Shown here piece after piece: positions 9,696-16,511 of a stretch of DNA of 64,000 nucleotides. The DNA is taken from positions 446,519 to 510,518 of the forward strand of contig JAWKXU010000002.1 of NCBI GenBank assembly GCA_041396845.1, written 5' to 3'. The DNA comes from Caenibius sp. Its GTDB lineage: Bacteria; Pseudomonadota; Alphaproteobacteria; Sphingomonadales; Sphingomonadaceae. A program made the translations under genes and the position numbers. How positions within the stretch are numbered: the first letter of the stretch is position 1; every line of letters starts with the position of its first letter. The notes beneath the pieces were generated by a model. The model did not search any database and was not told where the DNA came from. It saw only the letters and a list, made by a program, of their open reading frames with translations.

Positions 9696-10889
9696 TTAGT
9701 GGACCCGGTCGAGCAGCTTCTTGGCTTTGCCCTCCATGTCGAGGCGGGCATCCTGATGGGGCTTGTCTCGCGCCAATGCGGTGATGCCCTGAACAAAATC
9801 AAAGATTGTTTCTGGCGGGCGGCCTTCCTCGGCGAGCACGGTCTCGATGATCTTGCCGGTTTCAGCCTTGGAGAAGCCGCGCCCCCGCAGGAAATCGCTG
9901 CGATCCTCATCGGTGCGGGCGACGATGCGTTCGCGGGCAGCCTTGATGCCGTTCACGAAGGGCTGCGGTGAGGAATTGGCGAAGCCCTCCAGGGCCGGAG
10001 CCGCCTCGTGGGCAAAGCGATTGGCCGCATATTTGCTGTGACGGATGGTGATTTCCTGGAAATCCTCGACTCCCCACAGGTTCCGGTTCTGGCAGACTGC
10101 GCGCAGGTAGAAGCTCGCTATTCCCAGCGTCTTGGCGCCGACCTCGGAATTCCAGCAGTAGAAACCCCGGAAGTAGAGATCCGGCGATCCATCCGGCAAT
10201 CGTCCTGCCTCGATCGGGTGAAGGTCATCGACGAGGAAAAGGAACACGTCGCGATCAGAGGCATAAAGGGTGGTCGTGTCGCGCGTGATATCGACACTCG
10301 GGTTGTAGATGCCGGTAGACCAGTCGAGCACGCCGGGCACTTTCCAGCGCGTATCGCCCGTACCGTTGCCGGCGATCTTCTGCACGGCCTCGACCAGTTC
10401 ATGATCGTGGATACGTCCGTAATCCGGCCCCGTGACTGCGCGCAGTTCCGTGCGGCCGTTACCTGTTTCGAACGTCTTGATCTGCTCGGCCCTGTGCGAG
10501 GTCAGGCCATACTGGAGATTGATCGCGGCGAGCGGTGCCGGCAACTGGCGCAGATAGGCCGCTGGCGCGCCGACCTGACTTGCCAGCTGGCCAAAGCTCC
10601 AGTGCGTCGGAACGGCGGGCGCGTCGGCTCCGGGGAGTACTAGCGCCAGACGCTCGGGATCGTTGCGATTCGCCTCGACATGGATCAGAGCGGTTTCGAC
10701 AACGCGCGTCCGGCTGCGCTCGGAGCGGGCGCGCACCATATCGCCCAGATCCGTGAGCGAGAGAAACCTCTCGTCATCCGGCCGCGAGAACCATTCGGAA
10801 GAGACACGACCGACGCGCTCTCCGCGTGTGACATCGACTTTGTAGCCGCCGCTTGCATCGCGGCGGGCATCTTTAACCTGCATGTTCAT
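9696..10889 (-). CDS. DUF932 domain protein (ICE/plasmid leading-region type)
   Basis: 397 aa. GERVGRVSSEWFSRPDDERFLSLTDL..THWSFGQLASQVGAPAAYLRQLPAPLAAINLQYGL matches the alphaproteobacterial ICE DUF932 family as I recall it. GGAGG is 8 nt before the ATG. Confidence 0.75.
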   Translation of the reverse strand: MNMQVKDARRDASGGYKVDVTRGERVGRVSSEWFSRPDDERFLSLTDLGDMVRARSERSRTRVVETALIHVEANRNDPERLALVLPGADAPAVPTHWSFGQLASQVGAPAAYLRQLPAPLAAINLQYGLTSHRAEQIKTFETGNGRTELRAVTGPDYGRIHDHELVEAVQKIAGNGTGDTRWKVPGVLDWSTGIYNPSVDITRDTTTLYASDRDVFLFLVDDLHPIEAGRLPDGSPDLYFRGFYCWNSEVGAKTLGIASFYLRAVCQNRNLWGVEDFQEITIRHSKYAANRFAHEAAPALEGFANSSPQPFVNGIKAARERIVARTDEDRSDFLRGRGFSKAETGKIIETVLAEEGRPPETIFDFVQGITALARDKPHQDARLDMEGKAKKLLDRVH

Positions 10890-10900
10890 GGGAAAACCTC

Positions 10901-10945
10901 CATGACGGGCGCCGAAAGCCTCTCTCCCGGCACTTCTCCGTCACG
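10901..10945 (-). promoter_or_regulatory. conserved leader stem-loop, copy B (upstream of DUF932)
   Basis: Outer stem 10901-10908 / 10938-10945. The same 13-nt loop at 10917-10929. Ends just before the GGAGG SD. Confidence 0.5.
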
Positions 10946-11074
10946 GGAATTCCTGTCCCTCTCTCACTCTTCCCGGGGGCGTTGCGGGGGGATTGCCCCC
11001 GCAGAAGGGGTAGCCGGAGACAGCAAAGCGGCTCCGGCTCAGGGGAAGGCATTCCCCTCCAGAAATTTAATTTT

Positions 11075-11096
11075 GGTGGTCACCCGGTGGTCACCC
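11075..11096. repeat. tandem 11-bp direct repeat GGTGGTCACCC x2
   Basis: 11075-11085 and 11086-11096, 59 bp from the tRNA-derived repeat at 11156. Confidence 0.6.
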
Positions 11097-11155
11097 GGCG
11101 CAAAATCACAGAAAAAGCCGCTGGCGCGACCTTCTGGAAATCATTGGTTTTCTTA

Positions 11156-11207
11156 GGAAAACTGGAGCGGGCGAAGAGATTCGAACTCTCGACCCCAACC
11201 TTGGCAA
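11156..11207 (-). repeat. att repeat: 52-bp copy of the 3' end of tRNA-Gly plus 7 downstream nt (2 mismatches)
   Basis: GGAAAACTGGAGCGGGCGAAGaGATTCGAACtCTCGACCCCAACCTTGGCAA versus 33653-33704. Only the 3' part of the tRNA is present, so this is not a gene. Confidence 0.85.
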
Positions 11208-11322
11208 TCCGATTCTAACCTTACGCCACAGTTTCCGCCTATACGACTTTCTATGCTATTTCAAATAGATATTGATTTTCTTCTTCGCCGCCATATCCTG
11301 CAATTCGCCACGAAACGGCGTA

Positions 11323-11372
11323 TTCTGGAGACAATATGGAGACAAAAGGTGCTCTCCGGAGCTTTGTCTCCA
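11323..11372 (+). repeat. repeat module TTCTGGAGACAATaTGGAGACAA-N18-TTGTCTCCA (left island end, just upstream of int)
   Basis: TGGAGACAA at 11326-11334 and 11337-11345. Inverted TTGTCTCCA at 11364-11372. The same module occurs at 33560-33609. Confidence 0.7.
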
Positions 11373-11385
11373 AATGGAGGCGGCA

Positions 11386-12654
11386 ATGCCGACAGCCAAG
11401 CTGAACAAGCGCACGATCGATGCGCTCAAGCCCCCTGCTGAAAAGCAGTTCGTCCTGTGGGATAATGAGATCCGCGGGTTCGGTATTCGGGTGCTGCCAT
11501 CAGGGCTCAAGACGTTCATTATCCAGTATCGAAACGCCGAAGGCATCAAGCGCCGCGTTAATCTTGGCCGCTTCGGCGTGCTGACGGTGGACCAGGCGCG
11601 CGATCTCGCGAAAATCAAGCTCGGCGCCGTGGCATCCGGTGAAGACCCGGCTGAAGACGCACGTCGCGCGCGCAACGAGATGAATGTCGCTGAACTGTGC
11701 GAATGGTATCTGACCGAAGCGCGCGCAGGCAGAATCCTCGGTCGCCGAAACCGGCCGATCAAGGAGTCATCGCTTGCGATGGATGAGAGCCGGATTCGGA
11801 CCCATATCAACCCGCTGATTGGCAAGCGCATTGCCCGCCACCTGACGATTGCCGATGTCGAAGCGATGCAGGACGATGTGGCAAAGGGAAAAACCGGAAA
11901 GCCTCGCACCGGCGGACGCGGGGGTAAGGCGACCGGCGGCCGTGGTGTCGCGGCACGCTGCCTAACTACGATCCAGGCGATCCTGGGGCATGCGAAGCAT
12001 AAAGGCCTGCTCGCAGAGCATCCGACCAAGGGCGCCAAGAAGCTTGCGGGAAACAAGCGGACAAGGCGCCTGAGCATCGCTGAGATCGAGACGCTGGGCA
12101 AGGCGATGGTCTTTGCGGAACAGCAAGGCGTAAGCCCAACCGGGATCGCTGTTATCAGGCTGCTGCTTCTGACCGGCTATCGACGCGAAGAAGGGCAAGC
12201 CATGCAGCGGGAATGGGTCAATCCGATGGGCGGCTTCGTCGCCTTTCCCGACACCAAGACCGGCGAGCAGGTCCGGGCGATCGGGCCGGAAGCGATCAAG
12301 GTGATCGTGGCGCAACCCCGGATCACCGGCAATCCCTATGTGTTTGCGGCGACAACGGGCGATGGACCCTTCACGGCTGTCAGCGCCTGCCTGCAACGCG
12401 TTTGCGGTTTTGCTGGCATTACGGGCGTCACACCCCACGTGCTTCGGCACACCTTTGCGAGCATTGCCGCCGAACTCGGTTTCTCGGAACTGACGATCCG
12501 CGCGATGCTGGGGCACGCCTCGCAGAATGTTACGCAGGATTACATCCACGTCGATGAAGCGCTGAAGCTGGCCGTGCGACGCACGTCCGACGAGATCGCC
12601 AAGTTGCTTGCCCAGGGCGCCGCCAAGCTCGACCGGCTGCGGCTCGTGGCCTGA
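11386..12654 (+). CDS. int: tyrosine recombinase/integrase with N-terminal Arm-DNA-binding (DUF4102-type) domain
   Basis: ORF 11272..12654, trimmed to ATG 11386 (GGAGG at 11376-11380). MPTAKLNKRTIDALKPP..FVLWDNEIRGFGIRVLPSGLKTFIIQYR. C-terminal catalytic residues in HVLRHTFAS..LGHAS..Y. Confidence 0.9.
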   Translation: MPTAKLNKRTIDALKPPAEKQFVLWDNEIRGFGIRVLPSGLKTFIIQYRNAEGIKRRVNLGRFGVLTVDQARDLAKIKLGAVASGEDPAEDARRARNEMNVAELCEWYLTEARAGRILGRRNRPIKESSLAMDESRIRTHINPLIGKRIARHLTIADVEAMQDDVAKGKTGKPRTGGRGGKATGGRGVAARCLTTIQAILGHAKHKGLLAEHPTKGAKKLAGNKRTRRLSIAEIETLGKAMVFAEQQGVSPTGIAVIRLLLLTGYRREEGQAMQREWVNPMGGFVAFPDTKTGEQVRAIGPEAIKVIVAQPRITGNPYVFAATTGDGPFTAVSACLQRVCGFAGITGVTPHVLRHTFASIAAELGFSELTIRAMLGHASQNVTQDYIHVDEALKLAVRRTSDEIAKLLAQGAAKLDRLRLVA

Positions 12655-12678
12655 GCGACAATGGGATCTGGACAAATG

Positions 12679-12694
12679 GTAACATATACGTTAC
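12679..12694. promoter_or_regulatory. palindrome GTAAC-ATATAC-GTTAC upstream of the TA pair (candidate antitoxin operator)
   Basis: Inverted 5-bp arms at 12679-12683 and 12690-12694, 16 bp before the toxin start. Confidence 0.3.
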
Positions 12695-12709
12695 TCTTAA
12701 GGCTGTGAG

Positions 12710-13048
12710 TTGATTGTACAGGAGTATATCCGCGAGGACGGCTCCTGCCCGTTCCGATCCTGGTTCGATGATCTCGATTCTCAGGCCGGGGCTAAGGTTG
12801 CGACGGCGATTGTCCGGCTGGAATTGGGCAATCTGTCGAACGTCAAATGGATCGGCGGCGGGCTCGGAGAATATCGGATCAATTGGGGACCGGGTTATCG
12901 GCTCTATCTGGCGCAGGACGGGAATGAGCTGATCATCCTGTTCGTCGGCGGAACGAAGAAGCGACAGCAGGCCGATATCAACGAGGCCACTGCATTGTTG
13001 AGGGAATATAAGGGCCGCAAGGCCCCTGCGAAGAAGGCCAGGAAGTAG
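12710..13048 (+). CDS. type II toxin, RelE/ParE superfamily (HigB-like 'addiction module killer')
   Basis: 112 aa, TTG start. MIVQEYIREDGSCPFRSWFDDLD..GEYRINWGPGYRLYL..ELIILFVGGTKKRQQADI. Confidence 0.75.
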   Translation: MIVQEYIREDGSCPFRSWFDDLDSQAGAKVATAIVRLELGNLSNVKWIGGGLGEYRINWGPGYRLYLAQDGNELIILFVGGTKKRQQADINEATALLREYKGRKAPAKKARK

Positions 13049-13052
13049 CGAC

Positions 13053-13376
13053 ATGGTGCTGACACGGGATTTCAAGGAAACGGTAAAGGAGCGCGCCGCG
13101 CGCGATCCCGCTTTCGCCAAGGCCATGCTCGACGAAGCTGCGACGGCCTTCCTCAATGACGAGCCGCATGTCGCGCGGCTAATTCTGCGTGACCTAGTGA
13201 ATGCATCGGTCGGTTTTGAAGCTTTGGCGGCCGAAACTCACCGGCCAAGCAAGAGCCTGCATCGAATGCTGTCGGAAAAGGGCAACCCGAGCATGGATAA
13301 TCTCGCGGCCATTTTCGGAGCAGTGCGCAAGCGTCTCGGCGTCGTGATCGAAGCCCATGTCGTAGAAGCCGTCTGA
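13053..13376 (+). CDS. type II antitoxin, HigA-like HTH 'addiction module antidote'
   Basis: 107 aa, 4 nt after the toxin stop. FKETVKERAARDPAFAKAMLDEA..LSEKGNPSMDNLAAIFGAV. Confidence 0.75.
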   Translation: MVLTRDFKETVKERAARDPAFAKAMLDEAATAFLNDEPHVARLILRDLVNASVGFEALAAETHRPSKSLHRMLSEKGNPSMDNLAAIFGAVRKRLGVVIEAHVVEAV

Positions 13377-13647
13377 CTTATCAATATTCAGCCACCGCTT
13401 ATTGTTTGCTTGCATCCAATTAAACAGAACGCCCATATTGTTATGGCGCTTTAAAACTCAAATTTCATACAATTTTTGACCGAACGTTCATCAACTTTTT
13501 TTAAACGTTTATTTTCTACAAGTTATTCCAACTTACTAAATCATCTATAATTATTTAAAATATTTTATAGACATCTATCATTTTTGATATAACATAACAC
13601 TAAATTTATATCTTTACTGTCACGCCTTGGTTCTATATGAGGCAGGC
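13377..13647. other. strongly AT-rich non-coding tract in an otherwise GC-rich window
   Basis: For example TTTTTTTAAACGTTTATTTTCTACAAGTTATTCC..ATAATTATTTAAAATATTTTATAGACATCTATCATTTTTGATATAACATAACACTAAATTTATATC. Contains no ORF. Confidence 0.8.
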
Positions 13648-13998
13648 ATGGTCCGGCTGATTCGAGCTTTTCCCTTCAGGTCATTCCTGATGCTGCTTGC
13701 AGTGATCGGCGTGCTATTTGCCCCGGTCGCGGAAGCTCTGGAATGCTCGGCGGAAGACGTTCCAACGGTCGTCGAAATGATGGCTTCCCATTCGAATGGG
13801 GGCGGGGAAACCGACAAGCAGCCAGCTGAGAAAAGCGCCACATGCACACATGGCCATTGTCATCATGTATCAACGGCGCTGGAACGCGGTCAAGCGTTTG
13901 ATGCCCAGATATTCATGGCTTCCACGCGCCTTCCCTTGCGTGTGGCGCGGCTCGCATCCGTAGAGCGCGACCTGCCGAAGCGCCCTCCTCGCGCCTGA
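13648..13998 (+). CDS. small secreted Cys/His-rich protein (CzcI-like position upstream of czcC)
   Basis: ORF 13627..13998, trimmed to ATG 13648 (GAGG upstream). Signal-like LLAVIGVLFAPVAEA and CTHGHCHH motif. Confidence 0.45.
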   Translation: MVRLIRAFPFRSFLMLLAVIGVLFAPVAEALECSAEDVPTVVEMMASHSNGGGETDKQPAEKSATCTHGHCHHVSTALERGQAFDAQIFMASTRLPLRVARLASVERDLPKRPPRA

Positions 13999-14058
13999 AT
14001 TTCCGCCACTGCGCCGTTCACGGCGCTTTGCGTAAATTCTTAGAGGAAATCATGATCC

Positions 14059-15312
14059 ATGAACGCCAGTTTCTGGCGGGGCTCCCTTGTATGGGGCTTA
14101 AGTCTCGCATTGTTCGCCGGGCCGGCCGCAGCGGAGGACACACCCGTCCTGTCGCTCGACGACGCGCTCGAACGGAGCGGAGTCGTTGAGACCGGCTCCG
14201 ATAACCCTGTCAACCCGCGGCTCATCGGGCCGGTTGAAGACGCTGCGGCAGCCCGCGCGCTCATCGACCAGGCCCGGTTAAGGCCCAACCCCGAGCTCTC
14301 CTTCGAAGCTGAAAACTTCGCGGGCACCGGAGCTTTTTCGGGGTTGTCCGCCACCGATTACACGCTTTCGGTGGGCCAACGTCTCGAACTGGGCGGCAAG
14401 CGCGGCGCCCGCGTCCGTTCGGCCGAAGCCGAAGCCCTGGTGGCTTCGCTGGAGGGCGAGCTGGCCACGGCCCGGCTCGGCCGCGAGGTTCGCGCTCGCT
14501 ATGTCGAGGCGGTCGCCGCTGCCTCGCGGCTCGAACTCGCGCGCGATATCGTCGAACGCAACCGCGAACTGGCGCGTATCGCAGGCTTGCTGGTCGAAGT
14601 CGGCCGAGAGCCGCCCTTGCGCGCGTTGCGGGCTGAAGCGGCAGTCGCGGAAGCCGAAGCAGAGTTGCAGGCGGCAGAGGCTGCCTCACTCGCTTCACGC
14701 ACTGCCTTGGCAGCACTGTGGAGCGATACCGCTTCCGCGCCCCTCGTGCCCGCAGATTTCCCGGCAATCGTGCCGCCTGCCAACCTGCTTGCTTCCGAAG
14801 GATCCCTGCGTCTCCAGGTCGCCCGTGCCGAGCGCGAGGCGGCCGATGCCGCAATAGACCGCGAACGCTCACTGGCGGTGCCCGACCCGATCATCTCCGC
14901 AGGTGTCCGTCGGTTCGAGCAAAGCAATGAGCAGGCGTTTCTCGTTGGCGTCTCGATCCCGCTACCCTTTGCCAATCGCAACCAGGGAAACATCGCCGCC
15001 GCGCAGGCACGCCTGCGTGCCGCGAACGCACGCGAGGCTGTAGCGCTGGCTGATTATCGGCTGGAGATCGAGCAGGCGCGCTCGCGCTACCTTGCCGCCG
15101 AAACCCGGGTCGAAACTCTCGCTCAGACCTCGCTGCCGCAAGCCGAGGAAGCCCTTCGGCTCGTCAATATCGGTTATCGCAATGGCCGCTTCCCGCTCAT
15201 CGAGGTGTTGGCGGCCGCCGAGGCACGCGACACCATCCGTGAAGCCCTGATCCAGGCCCGGGAAGACCGTGGCCGTCTCGCGGCCGAGCTCATCTGGCTC
15301 GCTGCGCAATGA
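14059..15312 (+). CDS. czcC: TolC-family outer-membrane factor of a heavy-metal RND efflux system
   Basis: 417 aa, signal peptide, Ala/Leu/Arg-rich coiled repeats. First gene of the three-gene RND set. Confidence 0.8.
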   Translation: MNASFWRGSLVWGLSLALFAGPAAAEDTPVLSLDDALERSGVVETGSDNPVNPRLIGPVEDAAAARALIDQARLRPNPELSFEAENFAGTGAFSGLSATDYTLSVGQRLELGGKRGARVRSAEAEALVASLEGELATARLGREVRARYVEAVAAASRLELARDIVERNRELARIAGLLVEVGREPPLRALRAEAAVAEAEAELQAAEAASLASRTALAALWSDTASAPLVPADFPAIVPPANLLASEGSLRLQVARAEREAADAAIDRERSLAVPDPIISAGVRRFEQSNEQAFLVGVSIPLPFANRNQGNIAAAQARLRAANAREAVALADYRLEIEQARSRYLAAETRVETLAQTSLPQAEEALRLVNIGYRNGRFPLIEVLAAAEARDTIREALIQAREDRGRLAAELIWLAAQ

Positions 15313-16511
15313 GGACCTCTATCATGAATCGCAAACGTCTGGCCGTTGCCATCGGCCTCGTCATCCTGATCCTTGCTGCCTTTGTATTCTGGCCCGACAG
15401 CGGCGGGGCCCCGCGTGATGCAGGAGAGGAAGAACACGCCGAAGGCGAAGAGAATGGCGGCGGTGATGATCACGCCGATGACGGGGTGCCCGAAGGGTTG
15501 GTCGAGATCACCCCCGAGCAGATCCGTGCCTCGGAAATCGTGATCGAAACGGTCGGCAGAGGATCCGTCGTCGAACTCGTCTTTCCCGCAACGGTCACGG
15601 CAAGTCCGGCCGCCAGTGCACGGATTGATGCCCGGGCATCGGGTGTTGTGCGCAGCGTCGGGAAGACGTTGGGTGATTACGTGCGGGAGGGCGAAGCCAT
15701 TGCCCGACTCGAAAGTGCCGATGCCGCCGGGCTCGCCGCGCAAGTAAGCGCAGCACAGGCCCGGGTCGGCGAGTTGTCGGCAATTTATGAACGCGAACAG
15801 CGTCTATTCGAAGCCAATGTCACGGCGCGCCAGGATCTCGAAGCGGCACGGGCCAATCTGCAGGTTGCGCAGTCGGAGCTGTCGCGTGCCCGTGCGGCCT
15901 CGACAGCGGCCGGCGTCAACGGAGACGGGCGATCGCTAGCGGTGACCAGTCCGCTCTCGGGCCGGGTCACGGCGGCACCAATTGTGCTCGGCTCCTTCGT
16001 CAACGCCGGCGAGGAACTCTATCGCGTGGTCAATCCCAGCGGGATTCAGGTCGACGTGGCCCTGCCATCGGCTGATGCTGTCCGTATCCAGCCCGGTGAC
16101 GAGGCCTCTCTGGAAACAGGGGATGGCCGGGAAGTCGGCGCGCGGGTCCGCTCGGTGACGCCCTCGCTCGATCCCGAAAGTCGCAGCGCGACTGCCGTGC
16201 TGTCGCTCGCCAGGCCCATTCCCGGCTTGCAGCCGGGCGCATTTCTCCAGGCCACCATTCGTCCCTCGGGTGAGGTCGACGCGACACGCGTGGCTGTGCC
16301 GGAAGACGCGGTCCAGACCATCGATGGGGAAGAAGTGGTGTTCGTGCAGACCCGGCGCGGCTTCCAGGCTCGCGGCGTCGTCGTGGGCTCGCGGTCGGGA
16401 GGCATGGTGACCATCGTGTCCGGCCTGCAGCCGAACTGGCACATCGCGACCAAGAACGCCTTCCTGCTCAAGGCAGAACTCGAAAAGGACAGTGCTTCCC
16501 ATGGCCACTGA
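15309..16511 (+). CDS. czcB: RND efflux periplasmic adaptor (membrane fusion protein)
   Basis: 400 aa. Overlaps the czcC stop by 4 nt. N-terminal TM segment, His/Asp/Glu-rich stretch (EEEHAEGEENGGGDDHADD), hairpin/barrel-type sequence. Confidence 0.85.
   Translation: MRTSIMNRKRLAVAIGLVILILAAFVFWPDSGGAPRDAGEEEHAEGEENGGGDDHADDGVPEGLVEITPEQIRASEIVIETVGRGSVVELVFPATVTASPAASARIDARASGVVRSVGKTLGDYVREGEAIARLESADAAGLAAQVSAAQARVGELSAIYEREQRLFEANVTARQDLEAARANLQVAQSELSRARAASTAAGVNGDGRSLAVTSPLSGRVTAAPIVLGSFVNAGEELYRVVNPSGIQVDVALPSADAVRIQPGDEASLETGDGREVGARVRSVTPSLDPESRSATAVLSLARPIPGLQPGAFLQATIRPSGEVDATRVAVPEDAVQTIDGEEVVFVQTRRGFQARGVVVGSRSGGMVTIVSGLQPNWHIATKNAFLLKAELEKDSASHGH

Noticed and set aside
11156-11207. 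Possible second tRNA gene.
   Set aside because: Only the 3' 45 nt of tRNA-Gly (plus 7 downstream nt) are present, with 2 mismatches. There is no D-arm or anticodon arm, so it is an att repeat, not a gene.
11272-11385. N-terminal extension of the integrase ORF (MIFFFAAISCNSPRNGVFW...).
   Set aside because: It covers the TGGAGACAA repeat module and has no SD. ATG 11386 has GGAGG upstream and begins with the conserved integrase N-terminus.
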